Program-made: the position numbers and the translations under genes
From: a virus
Lineage: Duplodnaviria > Caudoviricetes
Strand: one strand, 5' to 3'
DNA length: 50,476 nt
IMG/VR virus record: IMGVR_UViG_3300031274_000003
Span: 1 to 50,476 of that record
Shown: positions 34,786-42,689 of the stretch, piece after piece
Numbering within the stretch: the first letter of the stretch is position 1
Layout of the letters: every line of letters starts with the position of its first letter
Notes under the pieces: model-generated
Seen by the model: only the letters and a program-made list of their open reading frames with translations
What the model was told of the DNA's origin: nothing
Database searches by the model: none

Positions 34786-37194
34786 ATGGATGTCTATTTA
34801 TTCGACAACTTCAACTCACCGCCAGCTGAGAAAGTAACAGGGGAACCAAGCGAGATACTTGACATATTTGGAGACGAGGCCGCGTGCCCCTCTGTCCTGT
34901 GTCCTACCGAAGAAGACAAGCTGGCAGGCAGTGGTTTTGTTGTGGCTCAGTACAAAGAAGGGGCCCGGTCCAGGAAAGGCAGCGATCTGTCTCCTACCTC
35001 TACCGTTCAGATTCTCGTTTTCGATGTAGACGATGTCACTATAGACCAACTGGCTGAAGCTTGGCCTATTATGTCGTCTTACGACTCAGTGCTTTATTCT
35101 ACTTGGCGCCACACGGCTGACGCGCCTAGATTGCGCTACATGTTGGCTCTAGATAAGCCGATCTCTAACGTCGACAAACGGTATTTTGCATCTATTTATT
35201 CGTACGTGTCTAAAAAATTGAGTCTTCCGTATGATAAACAGGCTTCTGACCATGTAAGATTCTTTTGCGGTCCTCAACATAAACCGGGAGGACAACAAGA
35301 ACGTTATAGGTTCAAAGGGTCCCCTTTCCCCATATCAAAGGCAAGCGTAGCCGCTTTATCGGCGGCTACTAAAGACGAAACTGAAGGTAACGACTTTGAA
35401 GTTACAGGAGACCGGCCAAAAAAGCAAGGAATAAAGAATTTAGCGAAAAAGCTGCGTAACTCTCTTCGACCAGATCACAAAAAAATCGCTACTGCCATAG
35501 AGGCTATTCTCCGCGGGGAGCCTTATGCGCCCGAAGGTAGCCGGCACGCTACCACGCTGAAAGTCACGATGGCATTGGTCCAGAAATGGCCGCAGCTTGA
35601 CGCAGATTGGTTTGCTTCAGAGTATCTTGTCGATAAGTGTTGGGTAGATATGTGGCGCGGCGAAGAAAGCGAGGCGATGACCGACTGGTTAGGGTGTGTG
35701 AACGGCGCCCGAGACCGAATAGTAGAGTCAGAAAGCCGCGCCGCCGCTATGGCTAAAGTCCTAGAGCGTGCAACAAAATCAGTGCCGTTAACCGACTTGG
35801 CCGAACAACTCGGGAAACTTATACTGGCGCACGGAAACAGCTTCTATGTGTGGAGCTTAGACCACAAAATATACACAGGGCCCTGGATAGGCGTGGTTCT
35901 GCCTACCGTGGTTCGTAATCAACTAGGCGCCGTCGACGGTGTTCAAGAATACAAAATCACAAAGCAGGGCCACACGCTGAAAAGTGCCGGCGAGTTGGTG
36001 CATGAATACGGCACTACGGTGAAGGATGTTATCTGGTACCCGGACGAGCCGCCGGCAGTGTATGATGAAGGCACCGAAACACTGTACATGAAGGCCTACA
36101 ATTGGGTGAACTGGGAGCCTAAGTATCACCCAATTGCTGAGGAGCTGCTGTGTGCGGTAGCGGGAAGCCGAATAGAAGACCTGAAAGCGTACTTGTATAA
36201 GTTCAGAGACCTGACACAACCGCTGCCGGCGCTGACTCTTGTGGGGGGCCCCGGTGTCTGGAAGTCTCGCATAATGGAAATACTCGGCCGATGTTGGACC
36301 GACAAAGACGTGAGCCATACCAACAGGGCAGAGCACGCTCTCGCTCGATTCAACACATGTCTTCTCCGAAACCCGACTTGTTGGTCTGATGAGCAGCTAG
36401 TCAAGCTCAACGGCAAAGATCAGCCGGAACTGTATCGAAACAGCATAACGGCTAGAGTGCAGTTCATAGAACCGAAGGGATTGCCCATCGTACCGCTCAA
36501 GTGCGCTATCAGGCACCTGGTATCGGTGAACCGAGACACGCACGTATTCAGTTCTGAGGTAGATGCCGACTCCATCACAGCAACGATGGAGCGCTTTTTG
36601 TTGATAAACGTGGACGAACCCGCCGTGGCCTCATTCGAAGCAAAGTGGCGAGGCACCGAAGAACTTAATGTATTACGTGAAGGTCAATCTTTGCTTGAAC
36701 ACATTAGATTTATTGAAGAAAACAACGCATATAAAAGCGGCGGGCGGTTGTTTGTAGCGCCCAAGGTCGATATGTCCATGCTCATGCGATCCAGATTCCG
36801 AAACGACATGATGAATTACCTGTGGCAGATAGCTTTAGACGCTCTAGAGCAAGAAACGCGGTTCTCTGTTAAGGGTAATCTAACACGGTTACCGCTGGTC
36901 GTAGACGACGAAGGGCGACTACGTGTTTCCCCCGGCAGGCTGCACGCTCTTTGGGCCACCTCCAAAGTTGTTGCAGGAAACGGACTGAAGAGGCCCACCA
37001 CACAAAAGATAGGACACCTGCTCACACAAGCAGGCTTCAAAAAGTACCGAGATGAGCGCGCAACAAAGGCGCCCACGGGCGGCTGGGAAGTCAATTTGAG
37101 CACGTTCAGAGACTTTATTGAGGTCTCTGAGGTTATGAGTTGGGGGGATTTTTGCAGCGCTTGTGAAAACGTGTTCGGACAAGGCCCAAAATAG
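34786..37194 (+). CDS. Primase-polymerase (AEP-like) fused to a P-loop helicase
   Basis: VFDVDD, YSTWRH, RLRYML; GSRH; Walker A-like GGPGVWKS, WSDE, ERFLLI; ATG 34786 after AAGGAGG. Confidence 0.8.
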   Translation: MDVYLFDNFNSPPAEKVTGEPSEILDIFGDEAACPSVLCPTEEDKLAGSGFVVAQYKEGARSRKGSDLSPTSTVQILVFDVDDVTIDQLAEAWPIMSSYDSVLYSTWRHTADAPRLRYMLALDKPISNVDKRYFASIYSYVSKKLSLPYDKQASDHVRFFCGPQHKPGGQQERYRFKGSPFPISKASVAALSAATKDETEGNDFEVTGDRPKKQGIKNLAKKLRNSLRPDHKKIATAIEAILRGEPYAPEGSRHATTLKVTMALVQKWPQLDADWFASEYLVDKCWVDMWRGEESEAMTDWLGCVNGARDRIVESESRAAAMAKVLERATKSVPLTDLAEQLGKLILAHGNSFYVWSLDHKIYTGPWIGVVLPTVVRNQLGAVDGVQEYKITKQGHTLKSAGELVHEYGTTVKDVIWYPDEPPAVYDEGTETLYMKAYNWVNWEPKYHPIAEELLCAVAGSRIEDLKAYLYKFRDLTQPLPALTLVGGPGVWKSRIMEILGRCWTDKDVSHTNRAEHALARFNTCLLRNPTCWSDEQLVKLNGKDQPELYRNSITARVQFIEPKGLPIVPLKCAIRHLVSVNRDTHVFSSEVDADSITATMERFLLINVDEPAVASFEAKWRGTEELNVLREGQSLLEHIRFIEENNAYKSGGRLFVAPKVDMSMLMRSRFRNDMMNYLWQIALDALEQETRFSVKGNLTRLPLVVDDEGRLRVSPGRLHALWATSKVVAGNGLKRPTTQKIGHLLTQAGFKKYRDERATKAPTGGWEVNLSTFRDFIEVSEVMSWGDFCSACENVFGQGPK

Positions 37195-38061
37195 TTCGGC
37201 CTGTACAAATCTGATATTATTAATAATTTAATTTCTGGGCCTATTCAATACCCTGTAATCATTAGCTTTATTCGTCGATACATTTTTTACAGTATTTCTG
37301 CGTTTGCATGTGAGGTATATATTGCAATTTATACAACACTAACAACACGTGAATTTTCTAAATTATTTTAATTTTATGAATTAATGTATAAATATAAAAT
37401 TACTATCAACACACGCCACACTTGAATTTTTTAATTTTAATAATTTTATTGACACACATAAGGCTACAGATAGGTTGTAATCCGTTAAGCATATATGTAA
37501 AGCTAATAATTTCAACATATTGAATAGGCCCGTAATTAATTCGGTAACAATATCGGATTTATAACAAGGCGATTTAAATTATAAAAAATTATATCGGGCC
37601 GATAATATATCTAAAAAAATATTCAATAGGCCCGGCCGATTCGATATACATATTAAGTAGTTACGGTACGATTTTGTAAAAAACTTAATATGCCAATTAT
37701 GCAATACGGCCTTACTTAACTTAAACGATTTCGGTATATTAGGAACATTCGGGCCGAAAGGCCTATTGATTTATAATTCGTGTGAGAAAGTATCAAAAAT
37801 TTTATTAAGAGAGGTGTGCGCGCGAGGCGTAAAAAAACGCGCGTACGTAAGGGGGAGTATGAAATCAATAGGCCTTTCGGCCTTTTTCCGCGTAATGCAT
37901 CGATATTGTTAATAAAAAGTTGGGCCGAACCTCGAATTTTCAATAGGCCCAATAGGCCAAACGGTTGAAATCATTACTTTTGCGTTAATATAGAAGTTTT
38001 TACAGTTATTCTGTAAGTCGATTTAAGTTGACTTTTAGGCGGCAGGACTTATGCTGATTGC
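37195..38061. other. AT-rich non-coding region, putative replication origin
   Basis: About 870 bp directly after the primase; seven AATAGGCC copies in both orientations and two inverted repeats. Confidence 0.6.
38028..38055 (+). promoter_or_regulatory. Sigma70-like promoter (TTGACT-16-TATGCT), possibly leaderless
   Basis: -10 ends 6 nt before ATG 38062. Confidence 0.45.
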
Positions 38062-38565
38062 ATGAGAGTTTTGTCTATTCGAAATCCATACGCGTACCTT
38101 CTGGCTTTCGGCCTGAAGGACGTTGAAAACCGTACGTGGATCACAGACTATCGAGGAACTGTCCAAATCCATGCGTCAGGTGATTACACGTTCAGGTGGC
38201 CGGATGCGGATTGGTTGCCTGAGAGCGTCCGTGAGGTCATTCAGGATGCTATCGACAGGCGAGTGCCTTACGATGACCTTCACCGATACGCAAAAGGATA
38301 TGAGGATATGTGCCGTCACGCTGAGGCTGTGCTCGGTATTGAAGAAGGTGTAACGGACGATTTCATAGACACCTTAAAAAACGTCGATTTTAGTCCTTTT
38401 GTAACTAGTGCAATAATTGGACAGTTCGATCTAGTTGATATTGTTAAGAATTCTGACTCGCCGTGGGCTGAGAAAGGCTGCTATCACTGGATTACTGAGA
38501 GCAATATTGCCTATGAGCAACCGGAACTAGGCGTTAAAGGTAGGCTTCGATTGTGGAGCCGTTAG
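38062..38565 (+). CDS. ASCH domain protein
   Basis: LSIRNPYA.L...GLKDVENRTW.T.YRG.V.IHAS; KGRLRLW. Confidence 0.9.
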   Translation: MRVLSIRNPYAYLLAFGLKDVENRTWITDYRGTVQIHASGDYTFRWPDADWLPESVREVIQDAIDRRVPYDDLHRYAKGYEDMCRHAEAVLGIEEGVTDDFIDTLKNVDFSPFVTSAIIGQFDLVDIVKNSDSPWAEKGCYHWITESNIAYEQPELGVKGRLRLWSR

Positions 38566-38576
38566 AAGGAGTGGTT

Positions 38577-38894
38577 ATGAGAGTTTTGTTGTTTGTATTG
38601 GTTTTGTCGTTTGTCGGTTGTTCCGGCTCTGTTGGTCCTTTTGAGATATCGCCCGCCAAGGCGGCGCCTACGTGCGACGCGGTTAGAGCTCATCTTGTCG
38701 ACATCGGGTGTATGAAAGTGCCTATGTGCGCTACTGCCGTAAACGCTGCTGTAGAGCAGTACATAACGGCGCGAATGCCGAAAGATGTGGATTTCAGCGT
38801 GTACTGCGATATCGCGCTTGTGTCGGGACTTTTGCCGGTTGATTGCGTTATGGAGGCGCAGACACCCCAAGCCGTGCTTGATTGTGGAAAGTAG
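38577..38894 (+). CDS. Cys-rich lipoprotein
   Basis: Signal plus lipobox FVGC; six further Cys; RBS AAGGAG. Confidence 0.65.
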   Translation: MRVLLFVLVLSFVGCSGSVGPFEISPAKAAPTCDAVRAHLVDIGCMKVPMCATAVNAAVEQYITARMPKDVDFSVYCDIALVSGLLPVDCVMEAQTPQAVLDCGK

Positions 38895-38929
38895 GCGCGG
38901 TAGTATTTAGATAGAAAGGAGGTGATCAC

Positions 38930-39004
38930 ATGGGCACTCGAAGTTTGCGTGCAGGAATTGCGGCTAGTGGTCAGGGCGGCACCGGCCGCGCTATGCGAAA
39001 GTAG
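38930..39004 (+). CDS. 24-aa Arg/Gly-rich micro-peptide A (MGTRSLRAGIAASGQGGTGRAMRK)
   Basis: Ideal RBS AAAGGAGGTGAT; absent from ORF track. Confidence 0.7.
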   Translation: MGTRSLRAGIAASGQGGTGRAMRK

Positions 39005-39013
39005 AGGAGTGGT

Positions 39014-39100
39014 GTGAATTTATTTAGAAGATTAAGAGCTGGCATATCTAGACTTTTCGGCCGCGGAAATCGCGGCCGGTCCCGATCTACTCGAAAATAG
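39014..39100 (+). CDS. 28-aa Arg/Gly-rich micro-peptide B (MNLFRRLRAGISRLFGRGNRGRSRSTRK)
   Basis: GAGGAG RBS, GTG start; stop 1 nt before next ATG; shares LRAGI and terminal RK with peptide A. Confidence 0.65.
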   Translation: MNLFRRLRAGISRLFGRGNRGRSRSTRK

Positions 39101-39101
39101 C

Positions 39102-39779
39102 ATGTCTTTTTTCTCTCCCCAAATGGCCGCAGTGCTGAAGGAAAAGCCTGCGGCCATCCTTTTTTCAGGCGGCAAAGACAGCATCGCTATGTCAGATATG
39201 CTGAATGAGGAAGGCCTGCTGCCTAAACTGTTTGTGTATTTTTATTTTGTGCCGGGTTTATCGTTTGTGGAGTCTGTGCTCAGGCATTATGCTAGACTGT
39301 GGCGGGTAGGTATACTTCGCTACCCGTCAGACGAATCGCTTAGTTTAATGGCACAGATGAAGGGGGCGCGCAAAACCAAATACAATGAATCGGATGTGCT
39401 TAAGGCGCTCCGAGAAAGTTTGTCGCTTCGAAAGGAGTTGGCAGACATTTGGCTAGTTTCGGGAGCTAAGAAAAAAGACAGCTTAGCTAGGCGCGGGATG
39501 TTGTCCAAACTATCGAACGGAATAGATCCTAAGCGTAAGGTGATATACCCGCTTATTGATTGGTCGGATCGGCAAGTGATGGCTTATTGTAAGCAGCGTA
39601 AACTGAGACTGCCTATAACTTATAGCATGGGCCTAAAGAATTCTATGTGGGTGCCGGATATAGAAGGCCTTATCTGGATAAAAGCTAATTTCCCTAGAGA
39701 TTATGACCGTATAATTGCCGTGTTTCCTATTTTAAGCAGCATGGTGTTTAAGCATGAGAGGCAGTATGCCCGCAAATAA
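39102..39779 (+). CDS. PP-loop/PAPS-reductase-family protein
   Basis: FSGGKDS; G.KK.DS..RR; YPLIDWS...V..Y; lacks the CysH C-terminal ECG(L/I)H. Confidence 0.85.
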   Translation: MSFFSPQMAAVLKEKPAAILFSGGKDSIAMSDMLNEEGLLPKLFVYFYFVPGLSFVESVLRHYARLWRVGILRYPSDESLSLMAQMKGARKTKYNESDVLKALRESLSLRKELADIWLVSGAKKKDSLARRGMLSKLSNGIDPKRKVIYPLIDWSDRQVMAYCKQRKLRLPITYSMGLKNSMWVPDIEGLIWIKANFPRDYDRIIAVFPILSSMVFKHERQYARK

Positions 39780-40545
39780 ATATGAAGCGTTTGAGACGGC
39801 GATTATTCACAGGAGTCGTATAGCGACGGCCGATTACAACCCTAGGATTATATCTGAAGAAGCCAAGAAAAAGCTTAAACGTTTCATGAAATCCAAGCAG
39901 TTCGGTTTGTTGGCTCCGTTGGTATGGAACGTGTTAACAGGCACCTTGGTATCGGGCCATCAGCGTCTGGAGGTGCTTGACGCGCTACATGGGCATCTTG
40001 ATTATGAGCTGACTGTAGCCCAGGTAGAGCTGTCTGAAGAAGACGAGGTAAAGGCTAATGTTTTTCTGAACAATCCGTCAGCACAAGGCCAGTGGGATTA
40101 TGATGTCTTGACGCAGTTGGCGGATTTAGGCGATTTCGATTTCGATTTCGAGAAAGATTTTGGTTTTTCGTCGGACGAAATTGAGCTTATTTTCGGCCCG
40201 CCTGAGGAGGAGCTTGATCAGATAACGGCCGACGGAATGGCGCAGCTGCACGATATGATCCCCGATAAACCGCAACAGGTAGAAGTTGACGAGACTGTTG
40301 ACAGCTCTTTGTCTGAAGAGGAGGCCGAAAAGTTCAGGCAGCTTAAAAAGGAAGCGCGAGAGAAAGCAAAGCTTGACAATTTAAATGGGGATGGCTATAG
40401 ATTGAGTAAGGCTGATGTTACGGTCACGGTGGTCTTCAAAGACGCCGAGACGAAACGGGGCTTCATGCGGTTGATTTCAAGGCCTGAGACAGAACGGAAT
40501 ATAACAGCAGAGCATTTGTTCGAATGCATAGAGAACGGGTTTTAG
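39766..40545 (+). CDS. ParB/Srx N-terminal domain protein
   Basis: ADYNPR.I, FGLL.PLVWN..TG.LVSGHQRL, LNNP..QG.WD. Confidence 0.85.
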   Translation: MPANKYEAFETAIIHRSRIATADYNPRIISEEAKKKLKRFMKSKQFGLLAPLVWNVLTGTLVSGHQRLEVLDALHGHLDYELTVAQVELSEEDEVKANVFLNNPSAQGQWDYDVLTQLADLGDFDFDFEKDFGFSSDEIELIFGPPEEELDQITADGMAQLHDMIPDKPQQVEVDETVDSSLSEEEAEKFRQLKKEAREKAKLDNLNGDGYRLSKADVTVTVVFKDAETKRGFMRLISRPETERNITAEHLFECIENGF

Positions 40546-40884
40546 ATGGTTTCATATAAAGATGCGGAAATTTTAGGTATTCCAGTTGATGCGACGCGCG
40601 TAGTAAATTCTACTTCGTTATACGATGACGGGTCTGATGAAATGCCTAAAGTTGCTAATATAGGTAAATTGGAGAAGCTGCTGAGCGACGAAGGTTCTGA
40701 TCACTATAAACGTGGGTCAATACAGCCAGCGTTGTTTATACGAGCTAATGATATGCCGTTTTTTGAAGGGTCGGCTGTAAAGTATATTGCTAGACATAGG
40801 CACTCTAAAAACGGGAAGCGAGATCTCGAGAAAGCTATCCACTATTTGAAAATGATTATAGCGTGTGACTACTCGAGTGATTAG
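40546..40884 (+). CDS. DUF3310 (T7 gp1.7-like) domain protein
   Basis: GSDHY...IQP...F.EGSAVKYIARH..KNG..DLEKAIHYL. Confidence 0.8.
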   Translation: MVSYKDAEILGIPVDATRVVNSTSLYDDGSDEMPKVANIGKLEKLLSDEGSDHYKRGSIQPALFIRANDMPFFEGSAVKYIARHRHSKNGKRDLEKAIHYLKMIIACDYSSD

Positions 40885-40894
40885 AAGGTTAAGT

Positions 40895-41482
40895 ATGACC
40901 ACTTTTCTACTGAATTCAGGGCATAGCATATACACCGCAGGCAAGCGTAGTCCATTAATACCCCCCGGTGTTTTGGAGTATGAGTTTAATTTTGCTGTGG
41001 TGAAGCGTATACGAAGCAAGGCGTTGGATCTGGGGCTTGATACTGTTTATATAAATCCGAGACCGGATATAGAGAACATGACACTGAGCGAGGTAGTTCG
41101 ACGAGCGAACAATTTTTATGCTGATAATCACGATTGTGTTTTCATGTCTATCCATGCCAACGCAGCTGAGCTTAAGGGCGATAGTAAATGGGCAAAAGCC
41201 AGCGGCGCTGCTGTGTTTATCGCAAAGAAAGCTTCTGAGAATTCTAAAAGATTAGCGAGGTTGTTGGTAAAAAGTGTTTCAGATTTGGCTATGCTTTCGA
41301 ATAGAGGCGTGAAAAGAGCTAATTATAGAGTGCTTGCGGAAACTAAATGCCCTGCTGTGCTGTCAGAGAATGGCTTCATGACCAATCACAATGACGCGAC
41401 TAAGCTAAGCAATTCTTATTGGAGAGATAAGATAGCCGATGCTCATATTTGGGCAATGATGGATTATTGCGGGCGCACATGA
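40895..41482 (+). CDS. Endolysin, N-acetylmuramoyl-L-alanine amidase (Amidase_3)
   Basis: GH...E; SIHANA; NRGVK; PAVLSENGFMTN. Confidence 0.9.
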   Translation: MTTFLLNSGHSIYTAGKRSPLIPPGVLEYEFNFAVVKRIRSKALDLGLDTVYINPRPDIENMTLSEVVRRANNFYADNHDCVFMSIHANAAELKGDSKWAKASGAAVFIAKKASENSKRLARLLVKSVSDLAMLSNRGVKRANYRVLAETKCPAVLSENGFMTNHNDATKLSNSYWRDKIADAHIWAMMDYCGRT

Positions 41483-41706
41483 GACTAGAGGACAAGAAAA
41501 GCAGACTGCTGAAGCTGATGAGTAAAAGCACTAGGTGGTATACGCCTACAGAATTGGGTATTGCCATGGGTAAACCCTATTACTCGGCGTCAGCTTTTAC
41601 TTGCCCTGTTCTTAAACTGCTTGTGGCAGAAGGTTGGGTAGAGTCTAACAGAGGTGTATATAGGTTGGTAAAATGGACAACAAAAAATGGTATCAGTCGA
41701 AGCTGA
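41479..41706 (+). CDS. Small winged-HTH-like protein
   Basis: TPTELG...L..LV..G.V...G.YRL. Confidence 0.5.
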   Translation: MRLEDKKSRLLKLMSKSTRWYTPTELGIAMGKPYYSASAFTCPVLKLLVAEGWVESNRGVYRLVKWTTKNGISRS

Positions 41707-41858
41707 TTTGGTTGGGTGTTGCTATGACGGTGTCCGGCGTTTATAAAGCGCTGACAGGCGGCGACGACAGTATGGACATAGATAAACTTCAGCAGCTTGT
41801 CGAAGGAATTACGGTTCTTGTGCTCCGAGTTGCTACTACAAAAGGCCTGACTAAATGA
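41673..41858 (+). CDS. Holin-like small membrane protein
   Basis: KKWYQSKLIW plus two hydrophobic segments, LR..T end; near amidase. Confidence 0.6.
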   Translation: MDNKKWYQSKLIWLGVAMTVSGVYKALTGGDDSMDIDKLQQLVEGITVLVLRVATTKGLTK

Positions 41859-42052
41859 AATTGTCGGACATACAAGCGGGAAAGCAGTATAGAGTTTGCT
41901 CAGATAGTGTGTGCGGTAATTTTATAATCGGCGATGTAGTTCAGAAGTATGTCGACGGCAGTTTACGTAACTACATGGTGGCGGATTTAGTGAGTTTGAC
42001 ACCTAAGGGCGAGTGGGAACATCTAGATTGTGAAGTGGAGCCGGTTGAATGA
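41855..42052 (+). CDS. Hypothetical protein, tandem paralogue 1
   Basis: 41/65 residues identical to next ORF (manual count). Confidence 0.75.
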   Translation: MKLSDIQAGKQYRVCSDSVCGNFIIGDVVQKYVDGSLRNYMVADLVSLTPKGEWEHLDCEVEPVE

Positions 42053-42246
42053 AGCTAGCTGATATACAAGAGGGCAAGAAGTACAGAGTATGCTGGGGCA
42101 GTGCTTGCGGCACTTTTGTGATAGGCGATGTAGTTCAGAAGTATGGCGATGGTTGTTTGGGTAATAGTATGATTGACGGTTTAGGCGGCTGGTTAGAAAA
42201 AGGCCAGTGGGAGAATATCGATTGTGAAGTGGAGCTGGTTGAATAG
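42049..42246 (+). CDS. Hypothetical protein, tandem paralogue 2
   Basis: Paralogue of 41855-42052; ATGA overlap. Confidence 0.75.
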   Translation: MKLADIQEGKKYRVCWGSACGTFVIGDVVQKYGDGCLGNSMIDGLGGWLEKGQWENIDCEVELVE

Positions 42247-42253
42247 GCAATTA

Positions 42254-42444
42254 CACCGACCTGCGTTTCTTAGGCCTAAACCCTAGGATTGGTTGCACGT
42301 CGGTGCTTGTGCCCGCCTGCACCTGTAGAAGATAAGTACGGTCGAATGCAACGTACTAAGTCATTTGGACGAAAGTGCATACCGCAAAGTGATTGACAGC
42401 TTTAGGTGCCTGAAGAATAATGTAAGGTGCAGGCGGGCTTTTTT
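42254..42444 (+). ncRNA. Candidate structured RNA/regulatory element
   Basis: Long hairpin 42254-42305; 14-bp closing stem 42311-42324/42425-42438 enclosing sub-stems, followed by T6. Confidence 0.45.
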
Positions 42445-42462
42445 AAAAGGAGATAATCTAAA

Positions 42463-42510
42463 ATGGCGTGCGGCGGCAAGAAAAAAGACAGAGGGAAGAA
42501 GAAAAAATGA
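42463..42510 (+). CDS. 15-aa Lys-rich micro-peptide (MACGGKKKDRGKKKK)
   Basis: AAAGGAG RBS; stop overlaps next ATG (ATGA). Confidence 0.5.
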   Translation: MACGGKKKDRGKKKK

Positions 42511-42689
42511 AATGCTTAAAGGGCAGCCATATTCCCGTTATAGAGGTAGATTCTACGCGGTCTATTTTTGTGGAAAAGTGTCTTATATGCGGCATAGAGC
42601 TGTCTAGAGGAGAGCCTACGCCGTGGGTACATCTTATTGAGCCTAAATTTTTTCCAAGTACTGAGGGCAGTGATGGGCAAGGACGATAA
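42507..42689 (+). CDS. Small hypothetical protein (C..H, CLICG)
   Basis: ATG 42507 coupled to micro-peptide stop. Confidence 0.5.
   Translation: MKCLKGSHIPVIEVDSTRSIFVEKCLICGIELSRGEPTPWVHLIEPKFFPSTEGSDGQGR

Noticed and set aside
39102-39779. cysH auxiliary metabolic gene for sulfate assimilation
   Set aside because: Lacks the C-terminal catalytic Cys motif and is coupled to a ParB-like gene
39766-40545. Plasmid-prophage partition system
   Set aside because: No ParA, no evident HTH or parS array; only the N-terminal ParB/Srx domain is recognisable
41855-42246. Paralogue pair as a DGR template/variable repeat
   Set aside because: No reverse transcriptase; differences are not adenine-specific; both copies are coding
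42365-42420. Hammerhead-like words GACGAAA and CTGAAGA in the structured region
   Set aside because: I could not form stems I-III in the required register
42365-42607. 80-aa ORF overlapping the structured element
   Set aside because: TTG start without SD; conflicts with the better supported micro-ORF and the 42507 gene
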